DNA of 64,000 nucleotides from an uncultured Actinomycetota bacterium. Its GTDB lineage: Bacteria; Actinomycetota; Actinomycetes; Streptosporangiales; Streptosporangiaceae. Positions 48,044 to 57,423 of the stretch are shown piece after piece. Below the pieces are notes generated by a model that did not search any database, had not been told where the DNA came from, and saw only the letters and a list, made by a program, of their open reading frames with translations. Where the stretch lies: positions 167,041 through 231,040 of the forward strand of contig CAVWBQ010000013.1 in assembly GCA_963753225.1 (NCBI GenBank). Reading direction: 5' to 3'. The first letter of the stretch is position 1; each line of letters begins with the position of its first letter. The translations under genes were made by a program, and so were the position numbers.

Positions 48044-49072
48044 GATGCCGAGGCCCAGGGCCACGCAGATGCCGGCGATGATCCAGAAGCGGACCACGAC
48101 GGTGGTCTCGGCCCACCCGGCCAGCTCGAAGTGGTGCTGCAGCGGGGCCATCCGGAACACCCGCTTGCCGGTCAGCTTGAACGACCCCACCTGGATCACC
48201 ACCGACAGGGTGATGAGCACGAACAGGCCGCCGAGCAGGAGGAGCAGCAGCTCGGTCTTGGTGGTGATGGCCAGCCCGGCGAGCGCGCCGCCGAGGGCCA
48301 GCGCCCCGGTATCGCCCATGAAGATCTTGGCGGGCGGCGCGTTCCACCACAGGAAGCCGGTGCAGGCGCCCATCACGGTGGCGGCCACGATGGCCAGGTC
48401 CTGCGGGTCGCGAACGGCGTAGCACGCCGGGGCGAGGAACACCGTGCAGTCGTTCCGCAGCTGCCAGATCCCGATGATCATGTAGGCGGCGAGCGCCAGG
48501 ATGGCCGCGCCGGTGGCCAGGCCGTCCAGTCCGTCGGTGAGGTTCACGCCGTTGGAGGTCCCGGCCACCATGAAAATGACCCAGACCACGAAGAGCACCG
48601 GCCCGATGGAGATGCCGAAGTCGGCGTAGAAGGACAGGTGGGTGGATGCCGGGGTGAGATCGTATCCGTCCGGGAACCTGATCGCGAGCAGGGCGAACAC
48701 CCCGCCCACCACGGCCTGCCCGGCCAGCTTAGCCCCGCTGCGCAGGCCCAGGCTGCGCTGCATGTACAGCTTGATGAAGTCGTCCGCGAAACCGACCAGG
48801 CCCAGGCCGGTCATCAGGAACAGCACGAGCAGCCCGGACGCGGACATGGCGTTGCCGGTGACCACGTGGCCGATCAGGTAGCCGGTCAGCGACGCGATGA
48901 TGATCACCGTGCCGCCCATGGTCGGAGTGCCCCGCTTGGACAGGTGCCCGGCCGGGCCGTCGGACCTGATCTCCTGGCCGTAGCCGCGCCTGCTGAACGT
49001 CTTGATCGCCAGGGGGGTGCCGAACAGCGCGATGAACAACGACACGGCGGCGGACAACAGGACGGTCTTCAC
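48029..49072 (-). CDS. mraY: phospho-N-acetylmuramoyl-pentapeptide transferase
   Basis: 347 aa: ...KRGTPTMGG...GFADDFIKL...[13 protein letters not shown]...[12 protein letters not shown]...RMAPLHHHFEL-like ([12 protein letters not shown]). GTG 49072 overlaps the murF stop (GTGA). Confidence 0.96.
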   Translation of the reverse strand: MKTVLLSAAVSLFIALFGTPLAIKTFSRRGYGQEIRSDGPAGHLSKRGTPTMGGTVIIIASLTGYLIGHVVTGNAMSASGLLVLFLMTGLGLVGFADDFIKLYMQRSLGLRSGAKLAGQAVVGGVFALLAIRFPDGYDLTPASTHLSFYADFGISIGPVLFVVWVIFMVAGTSNGVNLTDGLDGLATGAAILALAAYMIIGIWQLRNDCTVFLAPACYAVRDPQDLAIVAATVMGACTGFLWWNAPPAKIFMGDTGALALGGALAGLAITTKTELLLLLLGGLFVLITLSVVIQVGSFKLTGKRVFRMAPLQHHFELAGWAETTVVVRFWIIAGICVALGLGIFYVG

Positions 49073-50511
49073 TGGCCGGCCTCCCCCAGTAGAGCAGCGG
49101 CGACGCCTTCCAGGTGCGCCGCGCGGGACGCCTTTACCAGTACGACGTCTCCGGGCTTCAACCGGTTTGCAAGCTCCTCGAGCGCGGTCGCCCCGTCCGG
49201 CACCGCAAGCGCCTCGCCGGGCCAGGACCGCACGCGGCGCGCCCCGGCCAGCAGCGGCTCGGCCTCTTCCCCCACCGCGATGAGCGCGGCCAGCCCGGGG
49301 TCGGACACCCGCGCGGCGTACTCGCCGATGTCCTCGTGGCTGGCCCGCGAGGTGCCGCCGAGCTCGGCCATGTGACCGAGCACGGCGAACCCGCGGCCGC
49401 CCTGGGCTACGTGGACCAGGGCGTCGATCGCCGCCCGGACGGACTCGGGGTTCGCGTTGTAGGCATCGTTGATCACCGTCACCCCATCCGCCCGCTGGCG
49501 GACCTCCATCCGCCACCGGCTGCGCGCGACCGCCGCGCCGAGCCCGTCCGCGACGCCGTCGAGGTCCATCCCGAGCTCACGCGCCAGGGCCGCCGCGGCC
49601 AGCGCGTTCGGCACGTTATGCGCGCCATGCAGCCGTAGGCTTACCGGCGCGGAACCTTCGGGTGTCAGCAGGGTGAAGGACGGCCGTCCCAGCTCGTCCA
49701 GGCGGATATCCGCCGCTTTGACTGACGGCTGGGGCATGTGGGACTGGTGAGGCGTGCGGGCGTGCGGGCTGGCGCTGAACGTGACGACGCGGGCCTGGGT
49801 CCGGGCCGCCATGGCCAGCACGCGGGGGTCGTCGGCGTTCAGGATGGCCACGCCGTCCGCGGGCAGCGCCTCGACCAGTTCGCCCTTGGCCCGCGCCACC
49901 TGGTCAAGGCCGCCGAACTCCCCGGTGTGCGCGTGCCCCACGTTCAGCACCACGCCGTAGCGGGGCGGCGCGACGCGGCACAGGTGGGCGATGTGCCCGA
50001 TGCCTCGCGCGGACAGCTCGAGGACCATGTACCTGGTCGCGGCGTCGGCGCGCAGCACGGTCAGCGGATGGCCGAACTCGTTGTTGAACGAGCCTGCCGG
50101 GGCGATCGTCGGCCCGAGCCGCTCCACCAGCTGGGCGGCCAGGTCCTTGGTCGAGGTCTTGCCCGACGACCCGGTGATGCCGGCGATCCGCGCCGCGGGC
50201 AGCGCGTCCACCACGGACCTGGCCAGCGCGGCCAGGGCGGCCGGCACGTCCGCGACGAGCACCGAGGGCACCGGGACCGGCCGGGTGGCCAGCACGGCGG
50301 TGGCGCCCGCGGCCACCGCCGCGGCGGCGAAGTCGTGTCCGTCGGACCGCTCCCCCGCGACCGCGGCGAACAGCCCGCCGGGGCCGGCCCGCCGCGAGTC
50401 GATCACCACCTCGCCGCTCACCACGGCATCGGGATCGCCGCGACAGAGCCGCCCGCCGGTTATCCGCGCGATCCGCGCCAGCGTCAGGGGGATCACCGGT
50501 TCACCGCCCAT
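49069..50511 (-). CDS. murF: UDP-N-acetylmuramoyl-tripeptide--D-alanyl-D-alanine ligase
   Basis: [16 protein letters not shown]...NNEFGHPLT...[11 protein letters not shown]...N.G.AH.GEFG. The alternative start GTG 50496 would give a GTGA overlap with the murE stop. Confidence 0.94.
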   Translation of the reverse strand: MGGEPVIPLTLARIARITGGRLCRGDPDAVVSGEVVIDSRRAGPGGLFAAVAGERSDGHDFAAAAVAAGATAVLATRPVPVPSVLVADVPAALAALARSVVDALPAARIAGITGSSGKTSTKDLAAQLVERLGPTIAPAGSFNNEFGHPLTVLRADAATRYMVLELSARGIGHIAHLCRVAPPRYGVVLNVGHAHTGEFGGLDQVARAKGELVEALPADGVAILNADDPRVLAMAARTQARVVTFSASPHARTPHQSHMPQPSVKAADIRLDELGRPSFTLLTPEGSAPVSLRLHGAHNVPNALAAAALARELGMDLDGVADGLGAAVARSRWRMEVRQRADGVTVINDAYNANPESVRAAIDALVHVAQGGRGFAVLGHMAELGGTSRASHEDIGEYAARVSDPGLAALIAVGEEAEPLLAGARRVRSWPGEALAVPDGATALEELANRLKPGDVVLVKASRAAHLEGVAAALLGEAGQ

Positions 50512-52052
50512 GGTTCAAGCGCCGGCGTCCGCGCGGCCAGGGCGGCCGCGGTGACCTGGCGGTCGTCAAACGGCAGCACCGCGCCGCCCACGTACTGGCC
50601 GCTCTCGTGGCCCTTGCCGGCTACCACGATCACGTCGCCCGGCGAGGCCAGCGCGACGGCCTGCCCGATGGCCGCGGCCCGGTCCGGCTCGATGATCATC
50701 CGGCCGCGCTCGGTGACCGGTACGCCCAGCACACCGTCCAGCATCGCCGCGAGGATGGCCAGCGGGTCCTCCGAGCGCGGGTTGTCGCTGGTCAAGATGG
50801 CCACGTCGGCCAGGGACGCGGCGGCCGCGCCCATCATCGGGCGCTTGGCCTTGTCCCGGTCGCCACCACAGCCGAGCACGATGATCAGGTTGCCCTGGGT
50901 GACCGGCCGCAGCGAGCGCAGCACGGCCTCCACCGCGGCCGGCTTGTGCGAGTAGTCGACGAACGCGGTCACCCCGAGATCCGGCGCAGGCACCCGCTCG
51001 AGCCGGCCGGGGACTCCGGGGCAGGCGCCCACGCCCGCCACCGCGTCCTCCAGCCTGACGCCCGCCTCGACCAGCGCGACCACGGCGCCGAGCGCGTTGG
51101 CCACGTTGAACACCCCGGCCAGGCCCACCGACACGTCCGCCTCGACCCCGCCCGGCCCGATCAGCCGGAAGGTGCTGCCGTCCGCACCCGACCTGACGTC
51201 GGTGGCACGCCAGTCCGCGTCCGCCAGGCCCGCAGCCGAGAACGTGGTCACCGGCACCGGCGCGGTCTTGGCGAGCCGGCGCCCGTACTTGTCGTCGACG
51301 TTCACGACACCTATTACGGGCGGCATGAACAGCGACGCCTTGGCCCGGAAGTAGTCCTCAAGGTCGGCGTGGAAGTCCAGATGGTCCTGCGACAGGTTGG
51401 TGAAGACGGCCACGTCGAAGCTGGTGCCGCCGACCCGGCCCAGGGCCAGCGAGTGGCTCGACACCTCCATAGTGGCGGCGGTCACCCCGTGCTCCAGCAT
51501 GACCGCGAACAGCGCCTGCAGGTCCGGCGCCTCCGGCGTGGTCAGCACGCTGGCCATATGTTGCTCCCCGACCCGGAGCTCGACCCCGCCGACCAGGCCG
51601 GTCCTGTGCCCGGCCGTGCGCAGGCCGGACTCGATCAGGTAGGTGCTGGTGGTCTTGCCGCTGGTCCCGGTGACGCCGATGAGCCGGAGCCGGCTCGACG
51701 GGTCGCCGTACACCCAGCAGGCGATCTCGCCCAGCTTGCCGCGCAGGTTGGCGAGCACGAACACCGGAACGCCGCTGGCCACCGCGCGGGCCCGGCCGTC
51801 CGGGTCGGTCAGCACCGCGACCGCGCCTGCCGCCACGGCGTCCGCGCAGAACTCCGCGCCGTGCACCCGCGCCCCGGGCAGGGCGACGTACAGGTCACCG
51901 GGTTTCACCGACCGGGAGTCGAGGGTAAGCCCGGACAGGAAACCCAGCTCGTTCGGCGTCATGCCTTTGCCCGCGGCGACCAGCCGGACGCCGAGCAGCG
52001 TGCTGAGCGCCGACAGCGGCCGCTGCGGCCGGGACGCGGGACGGATCGCCAC
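50493..52052 (-). CDS. murE: UDP-N-acetylmuramoyl-L-alanyl-D-glutamate--2,6-diaminopimelate ligase
   Basis: 519 aa: LDSRSVKPGDLYVALPG...GVTGTSGKTTSTYL...EVSSH.L...FTNLSQDHLDFH...CGGDRD..KRP.MG. Confidence 0.95.
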   Translation of the reverse strand: MAIRPASRPQRPLSALSTLLGVRLVAAGKGMTPNELGFLSGLTLDSRSVKPGDLYVALPGARVHGAEFCADAVAAGAVAVLTDPDGRARAVASGVPVFVLANLRGKLGEIACWVYGDPSSRLRLIGVTGTSGKTTSTYLIESGLRTAGHRTGLVGGVELRVGEQHMASVLTTPEAPDLQALFAVMLEHGVTAATMEVSSHSLALGRVGGTSFDVAVFTNLSQDHLDFHADLEDYFRAKASLFMPPVIGVVNVDDKYGRRLAKTAPVPVTTFSAAGLADADWRATDVRSGADGSTFRLIGPGGVEADVSVGLAGVFNVANALGAVVALVEAGVRLEDAVAGVGACPGVPGRLERVPAPDLGVTAFVDYSHKPAAVEAVLRSLRPVTQGNLIIVLGCGGDRDKAKRPMMGAAAASLADVAILTSDNPRSEDPLAILAAMLDGVLGVPVTERGRMIIEPDRAAAIGQAVALASPGDVIVVAGKGHESGQYVGGAVLPFDDRQVTAAALAARTPALEPWAVNR

Positions 52053-52070
52053 GGGCTGAGGGTACCTCCA

Positions 52071-54026
52071 TCACGGGGCGTTCAGGCGTACCTTCGCAGG
52101 TCTGGCCCCGTCCGGCGGGATTTGCAGCGTGGCAAGCGCGTCCTTCATGACCTGGTAGAACACCGGGCCGGCGACGACGGCGCCGAAGTGGCCGCCCTTA
52201 CGCGGATTCTGCACGTTCACCGAGACGACAAGCTGAGGCTTGTCACCCGGGGCGATGCCGATCCAGCTCGATCCGTAGACGCACAGAGCGCATTTCCCGT
52301 TGGACTCCTGGGAGGTCCCGGTCTTGGCGGCGATGGCGTAACCGGGGATGATCCCCCACGGCTGGCTGCCCTCCGCGTCGATGGCCGGCACCTGCTGCAT
52401 GATCTGGAGCAGTTCCCTCGCCGTCTTGGCCTGGATGACCCGGTGCGACCGCGACGGCGCGGCCGGGGTGTACTTCCCGGCCGAGTCGGTGGTGCCCTCG
52501 ATCAGGGTGGGCTGCACCCGGACGCCGCCGTTGGCGATCGTCGCGTATACCTCGGCCATCTGCATCGCGGTCGCGGCCACGCCCTGCCCGAACGACAGTG
52601 TGTACCTGGTGTCGCCGTACCACTGCGACACCGGCGGCAGGTCACCGTCGCTCTCGTTCGGCAGGCCGACGCCGGTGGGCTGGCCGAGGCCGAACGCCCG
52701 CAGGTAGTCATACTGCGTCTGCTCGCTGATGTGGTTGGCGACCTGGGACATGCCGACGTTAGAGGAATGCGCGATGATACCCGCGATGGTGTAGTGCTCG
52801 CCCGGCGCCCATTCCGCGTCGTGGATGTACTGCCCGCCCTCGCGGATCTGGTACGGGATCTTGTACGCGCTCATCGGCGTCTGGCCGCCGCGCTCGAACG
52901 CGGCCGAGGCGGTGATCACCTTGGCCGTGGAGCCCGGCTGGAACTGGGCCTGCACGGCCAGGTTGGCGGTCTGGTCCACGTTGGTGACGTTCGACGGGTC
53001 ATACGTCGGGTACTGCGCCAAGGCCAGCACGGCCCCGGTCTTCGGCGCGATGATCACCACGGTGCAGTTGTCCGCCTTGGTCTTCCTGACCTGGCTGGCG
53101 CACGCCTGCTCGGCCGCGTACTGCAGCGCCGGGACGATGGTGAGCTGCAGGCTGCTGCCGTTCACCACCGGCGTGGTGCGGCCGCCCGCGAGCGGTATCT
53201 GCTGGCCGTCGGTGCCGCGCTGCACCTGCTCGCTGCCGGACCGGCCGGCCAGCAGCGCGTTGTGCTGGAGCTCCAGGCCGGCCCCGCCGGTCAGGACGCC
53301 CTTGCGGATGCCCGTGAAGCCGATGATGCTGGCCGCGACGCTGCCCTGCGGGTAGGACCGCGCGTAGCTGGCGACCTGGTTGATGCCGGGCAGGCCCAGC
53401 GCCGTGATCTGGCTGCTGGCCTGGGCAGGCACGCCCTTGGCCAGCACCACGTACTCCCGCGAGGTGGGGTGCTGGAGCTTGTCCAGGACCGCGGCGGAGG
53501 TCAGGCCCAGCGGGCCGGCCAGCGCGCCGGCGGCATTCTGCAGCCTGGCCACCGGGATCTGCGTCGGGTCGGCCCATACCAGGTAGGTGGCCACGGTCAT
53601 CGCCAGGACCTGCCCGTTGGCGCCGGTGATGCTGCCGCGCAGCGCGGGCAGCGGGATGGTCTTGTCCCGCTCCTGGGACGCCAGCTTGCGGTAGTCGCCC
53701 GACTCCATGCCCTGCAGCTGGACCAGGCGGCCGGCGAACAGCGACAGCACGAAGACGATCGCGAGCAGGCTGATGCCCAGCCGCCGGCCCGGGTCGCCGC
53801 GAGCGGCCAGGCGGGTCCTTGGGCGGGGCCGGGTCGGGGGGGTACGGGGGGGCGGATAGTCCCCCCGTGCCCGGGGGCCTCGGGGGGTCCGGGGGGTGGT
53901 CCCCCCGGATGACGGAGCGGAGGGCCGCCGCCCCGGGCTAGCACGCCCCCCCGGGCTAGCGCCGCGGGGACGCCGGTCGTCCCGGCGGCCGGCCTGCGGC
54001 CTGCGGGTAGGGTCCTGTGGGGTCAC
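52071..54026 (-). CDS. ftsI: division-specific class B penicillin-binding protein (FtsI/PbpB)
   Basis: 651 aa. It has an Arg/Pro-rich cytoplasmic tail, a TM helix (ISLLAIVFVLSLFAG), a dimerisation domain, and a transpeptidase domain with STAKV, SSN and KTGT motifs. GTG 54026 overlaps the ftsL stop. Confidence 0.93.
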   Translation of the reverse strand: MTPQDPTRRPQAGRRDDRRPRGASPGGRASPGRRPSAPSSGGTTPRTPRGPRARGDYPPPRTPPTRPRPRTRLAARGDPGRRLGISLLAIVFVLSLFAGRLVQLQGMESGDYRKLASQERDKTIPLPALRGSITGANGQVLAMTVATYLVWADPTQIPVARLQNAAGALAGPLGLTSAAVLDKLQHPTSREYVVLAKGVPAQASSQITALGLPGINQVASYARSYPQGSVAASIIGFTGIRKGVLTGGAGLELQHNALLAGRSGSEQVQRGTDGQQIPLAGGRTTPVVNGSSLQLTIVPALQYAAEQACASQVRKTKADNCTVVIIAPKTGAVLALAQYPTYDPSNVTNVDQTANLAVQAQFQPGSTAKVITASAAFERGGQTPMSAYKIPYQIREGGQYIHDAEWAPGEHYTIAGIIAHSSNVGMSQVANHISEQTQYDYLRAFGLGQPTGVGLPNESDGDLPPVSQWYGDTRYTLSFGQGVAATAMQMAEVYATIANGGVRVQPTLIEGTTDSAGKYTPAAPSRSHRVIQAKTARELLQIMQQVPAIDAEGSQPWGIIPGYAIAAKTGTSQESNGKCALCVYGSSWIGIAPGDKPQLVVSVNVQNPRKGGHFGAVVAGPVFYQVMKDALATLQIPPDGARPAKVRLNAP

Positions 54027-54532
54027 GGGGTGTACCCGGGAACATTGATCGCGGCCTCGGCCCTTGACGGCTTGCCGACGACGATCTTCCCGGTTTTCAG
54101 GTCGATGAAGCCCAGGCGGGGGTTCGGCTGCATGCCGAGCTCCTGGGCTTCCCTCGCGATCACGGCCGGGTTTCCGGCCTGCGCGACCTGGTTGGTGAGA
54201 ATCTGCGCCTGGCGGGCCAGTTCGGCGTTCTGCTCTTGCAGGCTGGTGATCCGGAACGACCCCTGGGCCAGGGTGGTGCTGATCACCAGCAGCGAGACCA
54301 GCGCGCCGCCGAGCAGCCCCACGAGCAGCAGGATGAACGGCATCCGCGGCGCGCGGGAGCGTGATCTTGGCCCGGCGGTCCGCGGCGCGGGCCTGGGGCT
54401 TGGCGCGGTGACCGGCCGGGTGTGGCGCGGGGCGGTGACCCGGCGGCCTCTCGGGTCCTGCCGCGGTACTGGCCCGCGTCCGGGCGCCTGGCGGGGGGAC
54501 GCGGGGGTGCGCCGCATGGTGTCAGTGGCCAT
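54023..54532 (-). CDS. ftsL: FtsL-like septum formation protein
   Basis: 169 aa. It has an Arg/Pro-rich tail, one TM helix (FILLLVGLLGGALVSLLVISTTL), and then a coiled coil (LQEQNAELARQAQILTNQV). It sits in the conserved slot between rsmH and ftsI. Confidence 0.7.
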   Translation of the reverse strand: MATDTMRRTPASPRQAPGRGPVPRQDPRGRRVTAPRHTRPVTAPSPRPAPRTAGPRSRSRAPRMPFILLLVGLLGGALVSLLVISTTLAQGSFRITSLQEQNAELARQAQILTNQVAQAGNPAVIAREAQELGMQPNPRLGFIDLKTGKIVVGKPSRAEAAINVPGYTP

Positions 54533-54550
54533 TGTCTGTGCCCCCTTGGG

Positions 54551-55516
54551 TCATGCTGCTTGCCTGATGCGCTCCGCGGCCCGCAGCCGGGCGGAGGCCG
54601 CGCGCGGATTGCCGGTGACTTCTTCGCTGTCGGGGCGTTCGGCCCCCCTCGTGAGCAGGCGGAACCGCGGCGCGGCCGCCTCCGCGGGCACGGGCAGGCC
54701 GGGCGGCGTCTGGTCGGCGGCCTGCCGCACGAGTTCCCGCTTGACGATGCGGTCCTCGAGCGAGTGGTAGGCCAGCACGACGACGCGTCCGCCGACGGCC
54801 AGCACGTCGAGCGCGGCGGGCAGCGCCCGGCGCAGCGTGCCGAGCTCGTCGTTCACCTCGATTCGCAGCGCCTGGAAGGTGCGCTTGGCCGGGTTTCCCC
54901 CGGTGCGCCTGGTAGCCGCGGGGATGGCGTCCTTGACGATCGCGCTCAGCCGCTGGGTCGAGGCGATCGGGGCACGGGCGCGCTCGCGGACCACCGCATC
55001 GGCGATCCGCCGGGCGAACCGCTCCTCGCCGTACTCGTGCAGGATGCGGGCGAGCTCGGCGGGCGGGTAGCCGTTGACGATGTCGGCGGCGGTGCGCTCC
55101 GCGGTCCTGTCCATCCGCATGTCCAGCGGGGCGTCCTGGGCGTAGGCGAAGCCGCGCGCGGGATCGTCGAGCTGCGGGGACGACACGCCCAGGTCGAACA
55201 GCAGGCCCATGACCTCAGCCGGCCCGGAGGGGCGACCCAAAGCGGCCACGATGGTCGGGATCTCGTCGTACCTGGCGTGCACCAGCGTGACGCGTTCGGC
55301 GTAGGGGGCGAGCAGCTCGCTGGCGGCCTCGATCGCGGCCACGTCGGCGTCGATGCCGACCAGGAACAGGCCTGGGCAGGCTTCCAGCAGCGCGCGGGCG
55401 TGACCCGCCCGGCCCAGGGTGGCGTCCACCAGCACGGCGCCCTCGGCGGCCAGGGCGGGCGCGAGCAGGGCCGTGACACGCCCGGCCAGAACCGGTACGT
55501 GCTGCGCCCTGTCCAC
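54551..55516 (-). CDS. rsmH: 16S rRNA (cytosine1402-N4)-methyltransferase
   Basis: 321 aa: HVPVL...VDATLG.AGHA...G.D.D..A...F.DLGVSS.QLD...RGF.......LDMRMD...[13 protein letters not shown]. Confidence 0.96.
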   Translation of the reverse strand: MDRAQHVPVLAGRVTALLAPALAAEGAVLVDATLGRAGHARALLEACPGLFLVGIDADVAAIEAASELLAPYAERVTLVHARYDEIPTIVAALGRPSGPAEVMGLLFDLGVSSPQLDDPARGFAYAQDAPLDMRMDRTAERTAADIVNGYPPAELARILHEYGEERFARRIADAVVRERARAPIASTQRLSAIVKDAIPAATRRTGGNPAKRTFQALRIEVNDELGTLRRALPAALDVLAVGGRVVVLAYHSLEDRIVKRELVRQAADQTPPGLPVPAEAAAPRFRLLTRGAERPDSEEVTGNPRAASARLRAAERIRQAA

Positions 55517-55572
55517 GTTTCCCCTCCCCTTTCGTCGTGGTGGCTGGCTTGCGGTGCCCGCGTTGCGGCCCC

Positions 55573-55649
55573 GGCCGGCCCCATCCGCTCGCGCTGCCGG
55601 CTGGCACCGGGGAAGTGATGCCAGCAGGGAGCGGCGGATGGGGGCCGGC
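55573..55649 (-). ncRNA. long bulged hairpin in the mraZ-rsmH spacer; candidate mraW RNA motif
   Basis: The outer stem ggccggccccatccgc (55573-88) pairs with gcggatgggggccggc (55634-49), with one bulged base. The inner stem gctggca (55600-06) pairs with tgccagc (55619-25), leaving a 12-nt loop. The hairpin lies 57 nt upstream of the rsmH start. Confidence 0.4.
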
Positions 55650-55658
55650 GCGTGGGGG

Positions 55659-56090
55659 CTACAGGATTCCCGGGAGCACCTCCTCGGCGGCTTCGGCGAA
55701 CGAGTCCTCCTGTGCGGCGAGGTAGGTCTCCCAGGCTTGCGTGTCCCAGATCTCCAGCCGGGTGTTGGCGCCGATCACCACGCAGTCCCGCTGCAGTCCC
55801 GCGTAGGAGCGCAGCGCGGTCGGGACGGTGATCCGGCCCTGCTTGTCGGGAAGCTCATCGGAGGCGCTGGCGAAGAAGACCCGGCTGTAGTCCCTGACCG
55901 ACTTGGCCGTCACGGGCGCGGTGCGCAGCGCCTCGGTGATGCGGGCGAACTCCTCTTGCGGGAAGACGTACAGGCAGCGCTCTTGCCCCTTGGTGATCAC
56001 CACGCCCCCAGCGAGCTCGTCCCGGTACTTCGCGGGCAGGATCAGCCGACCCTTCTCGTCAAGCCGGGGGGCGTGAGTACCGAGGAACAC
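55659..56090 (-). CDS. mraZ: transcriptional regulator MraZ
   Basis: 143 aa: [25 protein letters not shown]...[13 protein letters not shown]...[21 protein letters not shown]...R.EIWD. Confidence 0.96.
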   Translation of the reverse strand: MFLGTHAPRLDEKGRLILPAKYRDELAGGVVITKGQERCLYVFPQEEFARITEALRTAPVTAKSVRDYSRVFFASASDELPDKQGRITVPTALRSYAGLQRDCVVIGANTRLEIWDTQAWETYLAAQEDSFAEAAEEVLPGIL

Positions 56091-56100
56091 AGGTGCTCAC

Positions 56101-56249
56101 CTCCCACGCCTATCCTCCACTGCGCTCCACTGTACCCCACATTTCCCCACGGTCAACGCTTAAAACGCCGCGATCGCTCCCCCTCCCCCACTGAAGTGCC
56201 AGGTAGGCGCGGTGGAGTGGAGTGGGGGAACCAGTGGAGGAAAGTGGAG
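56101..56249. promoter_or_regulatory. two opposed arrays of GTGG(G/A)G boxes; candidate MraZ operators
   Basis: In the mraZ sense, boxes are at 56150-45, 56140-35, 56130-25, 56120-15 (exact 10-bp phasing) and 56107-01, plus one at 56191-86. On the plus strand, boxes are at 56212-17, 56217-22, 56222-27, 56234-39 and 56244-49. Confidence 0.55.
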
Positions 56250-56419
56250 GGCCCTGCTGGCCGGGATGAACCAAGGTGTCAGCGGCCGCGTTGCACAGAT
56301 GAGGGAGCAGCGTCGCGCATCCGGCGGAGAAGGACGTACTGTATCTAGACCGGCTGCGTTTACCTGACAGGATGTTCGGACTGGCTGGTGGTGCGCGCCA
56401 GCGCCTTCAAGGAGGCCAT

Positions 56420-57394
56420 GTGGTTCTAGACACCGGACGGCAGACGGGGAGTCCGATCGATGATCTAGTCCCGGCGGCCCGCCGGATCGGCAAGGCGATC
56501 GAGGCCGTCATCGAGGGCAAGCGGGACGCCATCCAGCTCACCTTGGCCGTGCTGCTCGCCGAGGGCCACCTGCTCATCGAGGACGTGCCCGGGGTAGGCA
56601 AGACCATGCTGGCCAAGGCGCTGGCCCGGGCGATCGACGGTACCGTGCGGCGGGTCCAGTTCACGCCGGACCTGCTGCCCAGCGACATCACCGGCGTGAG
56701 CGCCTACAACCAGGAGCGGCGCGACTTCGAGTTCAAGCCGGGTCCGGTGTTCGCCAACATCGTGCTCGGCGACGAGATCAACCGGGCCTCCCCCAAGACG
56801 CAGTCGGCGCTGCTCGAGGCGATGGAAGAGCGCCAGGTCACGGTGGACGGCACCACGTACGTGCTGCAAGAGCCCTTCATGGTGATCGCCACCCAGAACC
56901 CGGTGGAGATGGAAGGCACCTACCCGCTGCCTGAGGCGCAGCGGGACCGGTTCACCGCGCGCATCTCCCTCGGCTACCCGCTGCCCGCCGCCGAGCGGGA
57001 CATGCTCGACACGCACGGCGGCGCCTCCCCGCTGGACCAGCTCAGGCCGGTCGCGCGGGCCAGCGACGTGCATGAGCTTGTCCTCGCGGTCCGCAAGGTG
57101 CTGGTATCGGACCAGGTCAAGGACTACATCATCAGCCTGTCCAACGCGACGAGGACGTCGCCCGAGCTACGCCTGGGCGCGTCTCCGCGGGCCACCTTGC
57201 ACCTGCTCCGCGCCAGCCGGGCCTGGGCCGCGCTGGACGGGCGGGATTACGTGATCCCGGACGACGTGCAGCGGCTGGCCAGGCCGGTGCTCGCGCACCG
57301 GCTGCTGCCCACCGCGGAGGCCATCGTGGAGCGGCACCTGCCCGAGCAGGTGGTGGACCGGATCGTCGCCCAGCTCCCCCTGCCGCGGCGGTGA
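56420..57394 (+). CDS. MoxR-family AAA+ ATPase
   Basis: LLIEDVPGVGKTMLAKALA (Walker A)...FANIVLGDEINRASPKTQSALLEAMEE (Walker B/sensor)...ATQNP.E.EGTYPLPEAQ.DRF. GTG 56420 is preceded by AAGGAGG. The track ORF starts at ATG 56372. Confidence 0.92.
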   Translation: MVLDTGRQTGSPIDDLVPAARRIGKAIEAVIEGKRDAIQLTLAVLLAEGHLLIEDVPGVGKTMLAKALARAIDGTVRRVQFTPDLLPSDITGVSAYNQERRDFEFKPGPVFANIVLGDEINRASPKTQSALLEAMEERQVTVDGTTYVLQEPFMVIATQNPVEMEGTYPLPEAQRDRFTARISLGYPLPAAERDMLDTHGGASPLDQLRPVARASDVHELVLAVRKVLVSDQVKDYIISLSNATRTSPELRLGASPRATLHLLRASRAWAALDGRDYVIPDDVQRLARPVLAHRLLPTAEAIVERHLPEQVVDRIVAQLPLPRR

Positions 57395-57423
57395 GCCCGG
57401 GGCCTGGCGCTAGGAGGTAGGCC

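Noticed and set aside
50607-53912. 1101-aa plus-strand ORF opposite murE and ftsI
   Set aside because: Shadow ORF. It has no recognisable motifs and an extreme Arg/Gly/Pro/Asp composition. The opposite strand encodes clear MurE and PBP sequences.
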